Shown piece by piece: positions 20,788 to 30,878 of a DNA stretch of 64,000 bases. The position numbers and the translations under genes are program-made. Source of the DNA: an uncultured virus (IMG/VR IMGVR_UViG_3300020020_000024) (Duplodnaviria; Heunggongvirae; Uroviricota; Caudoviricetes); the IMG/VR virus record IMGVR_UViG_3300020020_000024; one strand, written 5' to 3'. The notes under the pieces were generated by a model. That model saw only the letters and a program-made list of their open reading frames with translations. It had not been told where the DNA came from and searched no databases. How positions within the stretch are numbered: the stretch's first letter is position 1; the number at the start of each line of letters is the position of its first letter.

Positions 20788-20976
20788 ATGATAAATTGGG
20801 AGGACTTTGATAATAACAACCATGATTATTCGCCTAATGAATTAGCTGAATTGTCCAGAACGAATCCTGATCTATATACAAAAATAGTTGAGCGAAATAT
20901 TCCAGAAGGAATGTCTGTTCATGAGTGGGAGCAAAAGAATTTGAGCTATATGCAAAAATTATTAAAACAAAATTGA
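20788..20976 (+). CDS. hypothetical protein
   Basis: TGATG overlap with the next gene. Confidence 0.5.
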   Translation: MINWEDFDNNNHDYSPNELAELSRTNPDLYTKIVERNIPEGMSVHEWEQKNLSYMQKLLKQN

Positions 20977-22574
20977 TGTCAAGACCATTAGCAATTTACG
21001 GTAGCCACGACAGCAGCGTTTGCTTTATTACAGACGAAGGGAAATACATGATCTATGAATTTGAGCGCATCTTAAATAAAAAGCATTGTCACATAGGTAG
21101 GGAAGAAACTTTTAAAGCCTGGATGCTATGGCTTAAAGAACATCTTGCAAGTAAGTTCAATTTCAATAGCTATGGCAGCATGTATTACGCTCAGCTTGAA
21201 CAAGACAAATTAAAGATCATGAAAGAGGTTTTTGGATTTGACCACATGGAGGAAATGAGCCACCATGCCTGTCATGCAGCCGGAGCGTTATACCAATCTC
21301 CATTTAACGAGTGCATTGTTATTAGCAGCGATAGCGGTGGGTACGAAACCAATGAAGGTATTTCGATGTTCACGGTATTTCATTGTGATAAGAGTAAGCC
21401 AATGAACCAGGTTGTAAATAAAGTTGCAGATATTCCAATTGACATCTGCGGTGCCTATACCGTGCTTGCTATTCCTATTTCAGAAATAAAGAAAAGTGAC
21501 GAGTGGACTGATTATCTAAATTATGCTGGTAAACTAATGGGGTTGGCAGCTTATGGTAAGATCAGGGAAGAATGGATTAAGCCAATGAAGAATTTTTTTT
21601 ACGGAGCGATCAATCTTGAAACCCTAGCCGCATTGGGTAATGAAATAAATCTCGACTTTTCAAAAATCAATACAATATCCGGGCCTACGTCATACGATAT
21701 TGCAGCTACTGTACAGCATTTGTTTGAAGAAGTTTCTATGACGCAGATGCTGCCATATATAAATAATTACAGGATGCCAGTAATATTAACTGGTGGTGGC
21801 GCACTTAATGTATTATTTAATGAGAAGCTTAGAAAGAAAATTGATTATTCTTTATTCGTGCCAGTAAACCCAAATGATAGTGGTCTGAGTTATGGTATGA
21901 TGTGCTTGCGCATTCCTCCCGAAATAGATAAGAGTAATGCTTACCAGACTTACGAGATGAATATAATGTATAATGGAGTTGGCATACTTGATATAGACGA
22001 TTTGCCATCGTATGTAGAAAAAAGAAAAGCAAGACTTGTTTCAATGGATGAAATAGCAGACTTGTTATATAAAGATAAAATCATTGGCGTTATAAGAGAT
22101 GGCAGCGAAGTCGGCCCCCGGGCGCTAGGCAACCGAAGCATTCTTTGTAATGCTGAGATCAAAGGCATAAAAGATTTACTTAATCATAAAATAAAATTTC
22201 GTGAATGGTTTCGTCCATTTGCTCCTGTGGTAGTACGGAAAAGAGTAAGAGACTATTTTGAGATTGATGACGATTCGCCATTCATGAGTTTCGCTGTTAC
22301 TGTTGTTGAAGATGTAGCAGATGAAATTCCAGGCGTAGTACATGAAGATGGAACAGCCAGGGTGCAAACAGTTTCAGCTAAAGATAATCCCTGGTTAAAT
22401 GATCTCTTACATTCATTTGGAAAACTTTCCGGTTATCCGATCCTGCTGAATACAAGTTTCAATATAAAAGGAAAGCCGATTCTTACAACTATTAAGGATG
22501 CGTTGCAGGTACTTGATGAAACAGGACTTGATTATGTACTAGTAAACAATTGGATTTTTTCAAAACAACAATAA
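20976..22574 (+). CDS. NodU/CmcH-family carbamoyltransferase
   Basis: HDSS, HHACHA, AGKLMGLAAYG, GGGALNV, EVGPRALGNRSI, KFREWFRPFAP, HEDGTARVQTV, LLNTSFN. Confidence 0.95.
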   Translation: MSRPLAIYGSHDSSVCFITDEGKYMIYEFERILNKKHCHIGREETFKAWMLWLKEHLASKFNFNSYGSMYYAQLEQDKLKIMKEVFGFDHMEEMSHHACHAAGALYQSPFNECIVISSDSGGYETNEGISMFTVFHCDKSKPMNQVVNKVADIPIDICGAYTVLAIPISEIKKSDEWTDYLNYAGKLMGLAAYGKIREEWIKPMKNFFYGAINLETLAALGNEINLDFSKINTISGPTSYDIAATVQHLFEEVSMTQMLPYINNYRMPVILTGGGALNVLFNEKLRKKIDYSLFVPVNPNDSGLSYGMMCLRIPPEIDKSNAYQTYEMNIMYNGVGILDIDDLPSYVEKRKARLVSMDEIADLLYKDKIIGVIRDGSEVGPRALGNRSILCNAEIKGIKDLLNHKIKFREWFRPFAPVVVRKRVRDYFEIDDDSPFMSFAVTVVEDVADEIPGVVHEDGTARVQTVSAKDNPWLNDLLHSFGKLSGYPILLNTSFNIKGKPILTTIKDALQVLDETGLDYVLVNNWIFSKQQ

Positions 22575-22579
22575 TCAAT

Positions 22580-22867
22580 ATGTGTAATTGTCTTAAAGAA
22601 CTTGAAAAAAGAGTTATAGAAAGCCACATTAAAAATCTGGAAGATGATGGAAAAAAGATTGATCATTTTGTTGACGAAAGCGAAAGTGGTTTTCAAACCA
22701 AAGCATTAATGCTTGGTGCCGGAAAATGGTCATTCACATTGCCAATGGAGTATAAATATGTTTTACAGAGAAGTAACGGCGAACCTGAAAAAAGAATTAC
22801 CAGATATAAAACAAACTTTTCACCTGCATTCTGTCCGGTATGTGGCGAAAAACAAAATGAATTATGA
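22580..22867 (+). CDS. small Zn-binding protein
   Basis: MCNC...FCPVCG. Confidence 0.6.
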   Translation: MCNCLKELEKRVIESHIKNLEDDGKKIDHFVDESESGFQTKALMLGAGKWSFTLPMEYKYVLQRSNGEPEKRITRYKTNFSPAFCPVCGEKQNEL

Positions 22868-23562
22868 ATATGAAATTTAAAAGAGGCGACAAAGTTAATT
22901 ATGATCCACATGCGCTGCCATCGGAAGAACAAAAGCAGGGTATAGAGAACGGAAGTATAATGGACTTGACTAAATCGGGATTCAGGGCTGCTACGGGCAC
23001 TTTTGTCTGGACTTGGTTTGCGCATTTAATGGAATGGGGATATGTTATAGAGCATCCAGAAGGGCATCCTAAAAAAGAATTCCTTGCAAAGCCTCCCTTC
23101 AAAGACGGTTTTGAATCAATACACTCAAGTGAGTTAGAAGATGGGAAAAAATATATTTATGCTGGTGCGTGGCAACTTGAACTATGGAGACCCCGAATTT
23201 ATATGGCAAGTAAAACTAAGCATCGAAAGAAATGGATTGACTTAATAACCGAAGGCCATAATATTATTAGTTCCTGGATATATGCAGAAGGTGACGCTGA
23301 CAGGAATGTTCTTTGTTTTCAATGCAAGCATGAATGCCTTAAATGCGATGGACTTGTCTTATATGCAGAAGAAGGAGAGACATTGCATGATGCGCTGATA
23401 GAAGCAGGAATTGTTCTTGCAAGTGGTTTAAAGAAAGTGGTTCTTGTTGGACATGGTTTTAAAAAAGACTCCCTGTTTAGGAGTACGGATCAGGTTATTG
23501 AGGCCGACACAGTTGAAGAAGCAATATCAATCATTAATAAATACGCAGAGCAGAAGAAATGA
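22864..23562 (+). CDS. two-domain protein with nucleoside-deoxyribosyltransferase-like C-terminus
   Basis: IYMASK, CDGLVLY, ALIEAG. Confidence 0.5.
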   Translation: MNMKFKRGDKVNYDPHALPSEEQKQGIENGSIMDLTKSGFRAATGTFVWTWFAHLMEWGYVIEHPEGHPKKEFLAKPPFKDGFESIHSSELEDGKKYIYAGAWQLELWRPRIYMASKTKHRKKWIDLITEGHNIISSWIYAEGDADRNVLCFQCKHECLKCDGLVLYAEEGETLHDALIEAGIVLASGLKKVVLVGHGFKKDSLFRSTDQVIEADTVEEAISIINKYAEQKK

Positions 23563-23801
23563 AATACGTCCTGTTGTTTATATTTTATATGTTGATGACG
23601 GCCTTTCTTATAGTAGAAAGATTAGTGAAAGCGATAGCAACCATTATTATTTTTCTTTGGGATTTTAAAATTGTAAAAAGTAGATATGTATTTTGGAAAT
23701 ACATTGAAGTTCCTAACCTTTTAACTCAGGATGGAAGCTCATGGTATTTCATCGGAATAAAAAACTATTATAAACTTAAAGTAGGAGCAAGAGAAATATA
23801 A
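23559..23801 (+). CDS. small membrane protein
   Basis: Hydrophobic N-terminus. Confidence 0.5.
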   Translation: MKYVLLFIFYMLMTAFLIVERLVKAIATIIIFLWDFKIVKSRYVFWKYIEVPNLLTQDGSSWYFIGIKNYYKLKVGAREI

Positions 23802-24508
23802 TGCAAATATCTCCATATATACAAACGGGGGAGTTTGATGCAAACGGCATCAAACTTGGTCATTCATCATTCAACTTGGATTGGATGAAAGAACTCGGCA
23901 TCGAAAATCCAAAAGTTATTTTTGATATTGGGGCTTATGACGCCGGTGATGCGATCAGGTTCAAACAAAAATGGCCAGAAGCAAGAGTGTTCTCTTTTGA
24001 GGCTGATCCCGATCGGGCCGAAAAGATCAGGAAGTACATTGGTAAGTTCGATATATCATTTCACGAACATGCGGTTATGAATTTTGACGGTACGGAAAAG
24101 TTTTATCAATCAATTTGTGAGTTAAAGGATGCCGGAGATACACATAAGCCGGGGGAGGTTGGTGGCCAGGGTTCTTTATACAAACACAGTCACACATACA
24201 GGTTAATTTACAAACACATAGAGCAGCAAAAAGATTTCATTTTTGTCAGTGCAATAAAGTTGAGATCGTTTTGCATTCGTAATAGCATAAAAGAAATTGA
24301 CCTTCTGCATGTAGATGTTGAAGGCGCAGAATTAGATGTTCTGTTTGGAATGGGGGATTATAACCCAAAAGTTATTTGGGTTGAAACGCTTTATGGAATG
24401 TTTGAAGATGCCCCGGATGCAAGGAATATTTATTCTTATTTGAGTCATAAAGGATATACGCTTGTAGCAGATTTTAAATCAGAACAATTATACATTTATA
24501 AAGGATAG
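23801..24508 (+). CDS. FkbM-family methyltransferase
   Basis: IFDIGAYDAG, FEADP, IDLLHVDVEGAELDVL. Confidence 0.9.
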   Translation: MQISPYIQTGEFDANGIKLGHSSFNLDWMKELGIENPKVIFDIGAYDAGDAIRFKQKWPEARVFSFEADPDRAEKIRKYIGKFDISFHEHAVMNFDGTEKFYQSICELKDAGDTHKPGEVGGQGSLYKHSHTYRLIYKHIEQQKDFIFVSAIKLRSFCIRNSIKEIDLLHVDVEGAELDVLFGMGDYNPKVIWVETLYGMFEDAPDARNIYSYLSHKGYTLVADFKSEQLYIYKG

Positions 24509-24513
24509 CAATT

Positions 24514-24888
24514 ATGAAGTTTCAAGATGTAATGATCAACATTGGTGCAGTACTGCTTATAATATTTATTATTATACATCTTATCAAAATGGGTGCTGTG
24601 GTAAGGGCGGTAGTTAAAAAAGTTGATTGTATTTCTATGTTCTGGAAAGACAACAAGGATATTTATGAAATGATATTGGATAGCCAGCACAATGTTTATT
24701 TTGTTTGTACTATTATCCGTGAAGAAGGAATTTCATTTCCCGCTTTCATGTTGTGCGACAAAAAGGATGTTACAATATTAGGCGCTATATCGGAATTATA
24801 TAGTTCAAAGAATTATTCTTATGATTCGGCGATTGAAGCATTTTTATTAATTCTTAATTCAAAAGAAAGCAAAAAACAAACAATATGA
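24514..24888 (+). CDS. membrane-anchored hypothetical protein
   Basis: N-terminal TM segment. Confidence 0.55.
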   Translation: MKFQDVMINIGAVLLIIFIIIHLIKMGAVVRAVVKKVDCISMFWKDNKDIYEMILDSQHNVYFVCTIIREEGISFPAFMLCDKKDVTILGAISELYSSKNYSYDSAIEAFLLILNSKESKKQTI

Positions 24889-25514
24889 ACATAGAAAATC
24901 TTACTGACGAACATGCTCTTGAAGCAGCAAATAAACTTGGTGGCGTAAGTCATCTTAGTGATGAATCAAAAATTCATCAGGCAAAACAATTGCTTACCAC
25001 AAACCAGCTATATGTCGGACAAACCAATATCAATGGGATCAATTGGTACAGGGCGTTCAAATATCTGGAACAAAAAGGGTATGAAATCGACAACTTTCAC
25101 CCAAATAAATTTGATATAACAATTCATTTTACAATAAAAGGGCAACAGGTTTCACAAATAAGTGATGCCCTTAATGCGTGGTTGAAAGAGAATTCCAAGA
25201 TAGTTGATTTCTCAGAGAGAAAAGAAGGAGAGCCAACAACTGTATTACATCATTGCTTTTTACCGGAGGCAATTGTAAAACAAAAAGGATTCCCAATGGA
25301 TGTGGTTGATTTTCTTGACGGGATTGCCACAGACCAAGTTCATTGGTATAGCACCAGCGATGATCTTGCAGAAAGCAGACTTCGTATGCTTCAAAATCTA
25401 AAAAGATTAAACGGCATCGCTCTGTTTGTTGGTGAAATAAAAGAAGGCGTTGCCGATGAATTTTTTATGATAGAGCAAATGAATATCGCATATGAAAAAA
25501 TTCCTTTGCTGTAA
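24885..25514 (+). CDS. hypothetical protein
   Basis: ORF overlapping both neighbours. Confidence 0.6.
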   Translation: MNIENLTDEHALEAANKLGGVSHLSDESKIHQAKQLLTTNQLYVGQTNINGINWYRAFKYLEQKGYEIDNFHPNKFDITIHFTIKGQQVSQISDALNAWLKENSKIVDFSERKEGEPTTVLHHCFLPEAIVKQKGFPMDVVDFLDGIATDQVHWYSTSDDLAESRLRMLQNLKRLNGIALFVGEIKEGVADEFFMIEQMNIAYEKIPLL

Positions 25515-26095
25515 TGAAACTCATAAAAGAAATATCGTTTCATCAGGTTCTGCAAGTATGGCTTAAAACAGAATGGTATCACCGGAAATATGATAATATA
25601 AAGTCATTTATTGACCTGAATGTTTTAGCAACTGCTTCGCCACAGCAGCAAGCCATTTTAAAAACGATCATGTTTTTAGAAAGAGGAACGATCCTTAATC
25701 GTCTCCCCTATCCTAAAACAAGATGGTATGTGGCCAGGATAACTCAGAAAGAATTTTTGAAATTTAATATTATAAATGAGAATACATGGTTTCAGATGTT
25801 TAGAGGCGTTAGAAATATTTCTAAGGTAGCGAAGATGTTCAAAGAGAGTAAGTATGTTACCGGAGTTCCAGGATCACACGAACACCTTACAAAGATTATG
25901 CAGCTGATAAAAAACAGGAAGAAGTATGAAAGCGAAGCACTGATTCTGATACAAAATGAAAAATCCGTTAAGCGAACAATTCTTGAAGGAAATCACAGGG
26001 CAATTTCATTCGCTGTTGCTGGGAGAAAATATTTACCAAAGAATGTCGTCATTGGAATATCCGAAGAAATGAATAATTGTATCTGGCATATATGA
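25514..26095 (+). CDS. hypothetical protein, possibly ParB/Srx-like
   Basis: ILEGNHRA motif. Confidence 0.45.
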   Translation: MKLIKEISFHQVLQVWLKTEWYHRKYDNIKSFIDLNVLATASPQQQAILKTIMFLERGTILNRLPYPKTRWYVARITQKEFLKFNIINENTWFQMFRGVRNISKVAKMFKESKYVTGVPGSHEHLTKIMQLIKNRKKYESEALILIQNEKSVKRTILEGNHRAISFAVAGRKYLPKNVVIGISEEMNNCIWHI

Positions 26096-26331
26096 GCAAG
26101 AGAAAATATACCAATATAAGAGACGCAGAGAATACTATTATAAAATATGGTGGCACTATCGTTGATGAAAAAATAACGAGACCGGTTAATTTACAATCTG
26201 GGTTTGACCCTGAATGGACGGAGTTTTGGGATGCTTATGATTTTCTGAGAATGAAGCACGGATATGAAAGCGACGCAGATGATATTATTGCAGAGATAGA
26301 TATTAATGAATTTTTAAACTATGAACCATGA
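26092..26331 (+). CDS. hypothetical protein
   Basis: ATGA overlap. Confidence 0.5.
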   Translation: MSKRKYTNIRDAENTIIKYGGTIVDEKITRPVNLQSGFDPEWTEFWDAYDFLRMKHGYESDADDIIAEIDINEFLNYEP

Positions 26332-26540
26332 ACTGGCCAGCTTTAATTATATGGATTACTGGTATTATCCCATGTTATTTTGTGCAAAGATATTGGCACT
26401 TAAAAACGTCAACGATATACACAAAAGCAGATAGGGTTATCGGAATTGTATTTAGTGTTGTTTCCTGGTTCGGATTTATTGTTATCGGACTAGTGTGGAT
26501 CAAAGAATCAAAATGGGGAAAGAAAAGCGTAAAATGGTAA
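26328..26540 (+). CDS. small two-TM membrane protein
   Basis: Two hydrophobic segments and a basic C-terminus. Confidence 0.55.
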   Translation: MNWPALIIWITGIIPCYFVQRYWHLKTSTIYTKADRVIGIVFSVVSWFGFIVIGLVWIKESKWGKKSVKW

Positions 26541-27457
26541 AAGAAAATAAAATACTCGTAACTGGTGGAACTGGAATGGTAGGCAGAGAGCTTCAAAAGA
26601 TAATGCCTAATGCTATTTACGTTGGTACTAAGGATTGCAATCTCATGAACTGGTCAGAAGTGTCGGCCCTGGTAAAAAGGCATCAGCCGGAATTAATAAT
26701 TCATCTGGCTGCAGTAGTCGGCGGGATCATGGATAATCTTAGTGACCCCACAAAATATATAATTGCCAATACTCTTATGAATACGCACATACTTACTGCT
26801 GCGCATCATTATGAAGTAAAAAAGTTTATTGGGATGTCCAGCACCTGCATATATCCAGATGTGATGCCAATAGATAGTTATCCCCTGAAAGAAGAATGTA
26901 TTCACAAGGGCGAACCGGCGAAAAGTAATTTTGGTTACGCTATTGCAAAGCGAACCATGTGCGCCACGATCGACAGTATCAGAAATCAGTACAAGTGTCA
27001 ATATTGTTATCTTATTCCCTGTAATTTATACGGGGAGTATGACAACTATGACACGTCCAGGTCTCATTTCGTGGCGGCGCTGATCAGGAAAATATATGAA
27101 GCAAAGAAGAATAACATTGACAAGATTGTTCTATACGGAACAGGATTGCCGCTTCGTCAATTTCTTTTTGCAGCAGATCTAGCAAAGGTTATCCGTGAGA
27201 TGATCCTTATGAACAGGTACGCCGACCTTAATGTAGCACCTGATGAAACTTATTCAATAGACGAAATTGCAAGAACAGCCTTACATGCCTGTGATGCTGA
27301 GCATTTAAAAATTGAATATGATACTACAAAACCGGATGGACAATTTAGAAAGGATTGCAGTAATAAGAAATTACTTAACATGATGCCAGATTTTAATTTT
27401 ACTGATCTTCACACGGGACTACAGGAAACATTTATTAAATATAAACCAGGATTCTAA
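26534..27457 (+). CDS. fcl: GDP-L-fucose synthase / ColC-type epimerase-reductase
   Basis: VTGGTGMVG, HLAAVVGGI, SSTCIYP, YAIAK, PCNLYG, SHFVAALIRK, GTG.PLRQF, KPDGQ. Confidence 0.9.
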   Translation: MVKENKILVTGGTGMVGRELQKIMPNAIYVGTKDCNLMNWSEVSALVKRHQPELIIHLAAVVGGIMDNLSDPTKYIIANTLMNTHILTAAHHYEVKKFIGMSSTCIYPDVMPIDSYPLKEECIHKGEPAKSNFGYAIAKRTMCATIDSIRNQYKCQYCYLIPCNLYGEYDNYDTSRSHFVAALIRKIYEAKKNNIDKIVLYGTGLPLRQFLFAADLAKVIREMILMNRYADLNVAPDETYSIDEIARTALHACDAEHLKIEYDTTKPDGQFRKDCSNKKLLNMMPDFNFTDLHTGLQETFIKYKPGF

Positions 27458-27942
27458 TGTATAATATTCTCTATGTTGACATGGACGGAGTAATTGCTGA
27501 TTTTAATAATGCAATTAAAAAAATAAACGCAGACGTTAAAACAGACTGGACAATGATTGAGGCCGTTGAAAAGGTCTGCCAGGAAAACCCTAATTTGTTT
27601 TTAACTCTTGACCTCATTCCCGGCGCACATGATTCGATCATGAAACTTAATGATCATTTTGATATATACTTTCTAAGTACTCCGATGTGGAGTTTGCCGA
27701 CAAGTTTTACCGATAAGAGATTGTGGATTGAAAAACACTTTGGACATAAGTTTGAAAGACGATTGATCCTTACTCACCGCAAGGATTTGAACCACGGCCA
27801 GTTTCTTGTTGACGATAGCAAGAGACATGGGGTTGATAATTTCAACGGCATTCATATTCATTTTGGCCAGCAGCCATTCCCCACATGGAAAGAAGTTGAA
27901 GAATATTTAATGGGATATTCAAACGTTCCACCAATAAAATAA
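27457..27942 (+). CDS. 5'(3')-deoxyribonucleotidase (NT5C, HAD family)
   Basis: YVDMDGVIADF, LST, DKRLW, LVDD. Confidence 0.9.
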   Translation: MYNILYVDMDGVIADFNNAIKKINADVKTDWTMIEAVEKVCQENPNLFLTLDLIPGAHDSIMKLNDHFDIYFLSTPMWSLPTSFTDKRLWIEKHFGHKFERRLILTHRKDLNHGQFLVDDSKRHGVDNFNGIHIHFGQQPFPTWKEVEEYLMGYSNVPPIK

Positions 27943-28093
27943 GTATGAATATTTATAAACCATCCCGTAAATCAATTGCTATTTTTTTGCGTATTGGCAA
28001 AAGAAGATATGAGATCGAATTTAACTGGTGTGTTTATCATATTAACATATATACTGGAGTAAAAGGTAAATTTTCAAAAAAAATATTTTAATC

Positions 28094-28603
28094 ATGAAAT
28101 TCAAAGTACTAAAAGGAAGCGACCTTTATAAAAAGCTAGATGCCGTTCGCAAAAGAATAGCAGAATGTAACAACGCTGCTCTTGATCTTGTAAACAAATT
28201 GGGTTATAAAAAGTTAAGAGGTAAAACAAGTGTCCTTGCCGGAGGTATTTCGTCAATTGAAATACTAGGTGGTAAACCAGAAGGTTGGAGAGATAATTAT
28301 TGGGGAGTAAGGAATGAATATTTCCCTAAAAAAAACAAAGCAAATAAGGAATTGCTGGCAAGTATTGACGCATTACCAATAGTTGAATATGATGAACTAA
28401 ACAATATACTTAATTTTAATTGGCACGCTTCGGAGACACGGCATATTTCATTTCATCCAGGCATTTATTGGAGAAAGAAGGAAATACTTATTTCTGTATC
28501 TGAAAACTACAACAATTATAAACCAGTAAAAGGAATGATCGAAATCCTTGAATCAGAGTTTATCCGTAAGACAAAAGAAGAAAAGAAAAAACAAACTGTA
28601 TAA
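28094..28603 (+). CDS. hypothetical protein
   Basis: 169-aa ORF. Confidence 0.6.
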   Translation: MKFKVLKGSDLYKKLDAVRKRIAECNNAALDLVNKLGYKKLRGKTSVLAGGISSIEILGGKPEGWRDNYWGVRNEYFPKKNKANKELLASIDALPIVEYDELNNILNFNWHASETRHISFHPGIYWRKKEILISVSENYNNYKPVKGMIEILESEFIRKTKEEKKKQTV

Positions 28604-28604
28604 T

Positions 28605-28850
28605 ATGGAAAAGGTATATAAGGTTATCGGGATGTCTGCGCCAAAACAATTTACTCTTACTACTGATAAGGAAATGACATTTTGGGCGAAATCAGGGATC
28701 AATCAAACTCGTTATGACGCCCTATTCGATATGGCAAAGGGTGATGATAATTTCTGGAAACAAAAAATAACCGGAGTGGTTGAGTTTGAAAGTACAGGTG
28801 TTGGCGGCACTCCTATCAATGGAATATTAAAATCGTTATTAATAGAATAA
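28605..28850 (+). CDS. hypothetical protein
   Basis: Probable ATG at 28605. Confidence 0.5.
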   Translation: MEKVYKVIGMSAPKQFTLTTDKEMTFWAKSGINQTRYDALFDMAKGDDNFWKQKITGVVEFESTGVGGTPINGILKSLLIE

Positions 28851-28865
28851 ATTAAACAAGCAAAT

Positions 28866-29450
28866 ATGCTAATAGACTTTGAAGATTTATACATTTCTAG
28901 CAATGTACCCCGTGTACACGGTAATGGTTTTATTCAACTAGATATACCAGGTAGCCCTGGTCATCGCATTAACATTTGGCCTGAACAAAAATTACAGACA
29001 CAAAAAGTTTATACCGGAATACATAATCACAAATTTAGTTTTAAAAGTAAAGTTCTACTTGGTACATTGATACATAAACAGTTTGAAAATATAGTGTTGG
29101 ATGATAACGGAGATTGTAACATCTATAAAGCTGCTCCAAGAGACAATGAAGATACGCAGCTGGTACTTGCATCTTCCCACTTATTCAAACTAACCAATCC
29201 GCAGACATTTAAAATGACTGCTGGGAGTGAGTATGAGTTTCTTGCTGGTAAATTTCATGACTCAAATGGATGTGGATTGACCGCTACATTAATGGAGAAA
29301 ACATCTATTGATAAAAGCATTGATGTGATTGTAGTATGTCCAAAGGACAAAGAGCCTGATAACGATTTCAATCGCTATCAGTTTGGTGAAAAGGTACTGT
29401 GGCCAATTATTGAAAACGCCTTTAAGCAGATTAAAGAAATAAGTATATGA
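28866..29450 (+). CDS. cupin-like (double-stranded beta-helix) protein
   Basis: H.NGFIQL, IHNH.F.F.S.VL.G, FH. Confidence 0.5.
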   Translation: MLIDFEDLYISSNVPRVHGNGFIQLDIPGSPGHRINIWPEQKLQTQKVYTGIHNHKFSFKSKVLLGTLIHKQFENIVLDDNGDCNIYKAAPRDNEDTQLVLASSHLFKLTNPQTFKMTAGSEYEFLAGKFHDSNGCGLTATLMEKTSIDKSIDVIVVCPKDKEPDNDFNRYQFGEKVLWPIIENAFKQIKEISI

Positions 29451-29764
29451 GTGATGTTATTTTAAAACAGGTTAATGCTTTTGCGGTTAGTGGTAATGGT
29501 TCTAAAGATAGAAATTATATAAAAGGATATTTTTTAGACAAAGATATCGCCTCAACCCAAACAAAATGGAAGGGATGGGATAACGGAGATGCTACGGTTA
29601 TCCCTGTCGTGGTATATCAGGACATGAGTGGTAAAATATACGATCTTGAATTGTTGTCATCTAACGGATTTATTGACGGCTCGGTAGAAGAAAGGAGTAA
29701 ATTGATCGAATCAATAAAATCAAAACTGACGCCAGAGGAAAGACGATTGCTCGGCCTTAATTAA
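29447..29764 (+). CDS. hypothetical protein
   Basis: Ends in KLTPEERRLLGL. Confidence 0.6.
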   Translation: MSDVILKQVNAFAVSGNGSKDRNYIKGYFLDKDIASTQTKWKGWDNGDATVIPVVVYQDMSGKIYDLELLSSNGFIDGSVEERSKLIESIKSKLTPEERRLLGLN

Positions 29765-29795
29765 CTACATTATTATAAAACCCAAATCAAATATT

Positions 29796-30080
29796 ATGGC
29801 TATAAAAAAAAGAAAAACGGAACTGCACAGAGCAGAAATTCAAAATTCTACGTTAGCTGATAACGTAACGATTGGCGGTATGTATGTGAACTACATCGCT
29901 GAGAACCAGGAAATACTTTCAACATCAGAGATTGTTGAAAAGGTATCATCTTGTAACAAGAACATTGTTTCTCATATTAAACTTTCTCATGGAAGGTTTA
30001 TGATAGTTCATGATAAGCGTAACGAAAAAAACGTGAAAAAATACAAGCTGTTTGCTGACGGAAGTAAATCACCTATGTAA
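29796..30080 (+). CDS. YegP/DUF1508-like small protein
   Basis: AENQEILSTSE. Confidence 0.4.
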   Translation: MAIKKRKTELHRAEIQNSTLADNVTIGGMYVNYIAENQEILSTSEIVEKVSSCNKNIVSHIKLSHGRFMIVHDKRNEKNVKKYKLFADGSKSPM

Positions 30081-30088
30081 TAAAAGAT

Positions 30089-30472
30089 ATGTGTTGTTTT
30101 AAATTATCATCAAAACCCTTATCTGATAAGATGATGTCCAGGATCAGGATAATGGATCATCATTATCCTGATTTGAAGTATGATTCAAATGGAGTTCGGA
30201 AAACTCCATTGTTTTGGGATTTTGTAGGAAAGGTTGTTTGGTTTGTTGACGAACAAAATCCTATCTACACCATAGACATGTCTGCTGGATTTTCATTTCG
30301 CATTGACAAGACGACAGCCGCCAACTATGCACATATAAAATCAAAACACATGGGCGAACCATATGGTGACAAGTGGTTATACTTCAAAGAAAGAAATGAT
30401 GCAAACAGATTTATAAAAAAGGTTAAAAAATTCATAGAGGATAATGCTTTTGAAAGCCATCGTACTAAATGA
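30089..30472 (+). CDS. hypothetical protein
   Basis: ORF in the gene run. Confidence 0.55.
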   Translation: MCCFKLSSKPLSDKMMSRIRIMDHHYPDLKYDSNGVRKTPLFWDFVGKVVWFVDEQNPIYTIDMSAGFSFRIDKTTAANYAHIKSKHMGEPYGDKWLYFKERNDANRFIKKVKKFIEDNAFESHRTK

Positions 30473-30878
30473 CTACTCTGGGGAATATTACGCAACCTGG
30501 ATGAAGGAAGGTAAAAAGAAAATTGAGACCCGGATGAATAGAACATTCTCCTATAAGGGAGATATTGTTATTTGTTGCGGTCTTAAATCTGTAACTGAGA
30601 ATGCTGGTAAGGCTCTTTGCATCGTTGAGATTTGGAAAACACGGCCAATGAAAAAGGAAGATGCTGAGGCTGCATGTATTGACTGGCATCCTCAAAGAAT
30701 TAGTTATCTGCTCAGGAACTGGAGATATTTCTCAGAAGATTTTGAATATAAAAAATTGAAGATGGGCGGCTCATGGCAAAGCATCTTTGATCTTATGATC
30801 CCTGACCACATAGAAATTATACCCCAACCAGGGATTTTACCATTTCCAGAATCGCAAATATCTCTTATGTTTGACTAA
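30444..30878 (+). CDS. ASCH-domain protein
   Basis: YA.W...GKKKIETR, YKGDIVIC, GKALCIV. Confidence 0.75.
   Translation: MLLKAIVLNDYSGEYYATWMKEGKKKIETRMNRTFSYKGDIVICCGLKSVTENAGKALCIVEIWKTRPMKKEDAEAACIDWHPQRISYLLRNWRYFSEDFEYKKLKMGGSWQSIFDLMIPDHIEIIPQPGILPFPESQISLMFD

Noticed and set aside
42..27457. Cellular O-antigen or capsule operon
   Set aside because: The genes are interleaved with phage-type orphans and no flippase, polymerase or export genes were recognised
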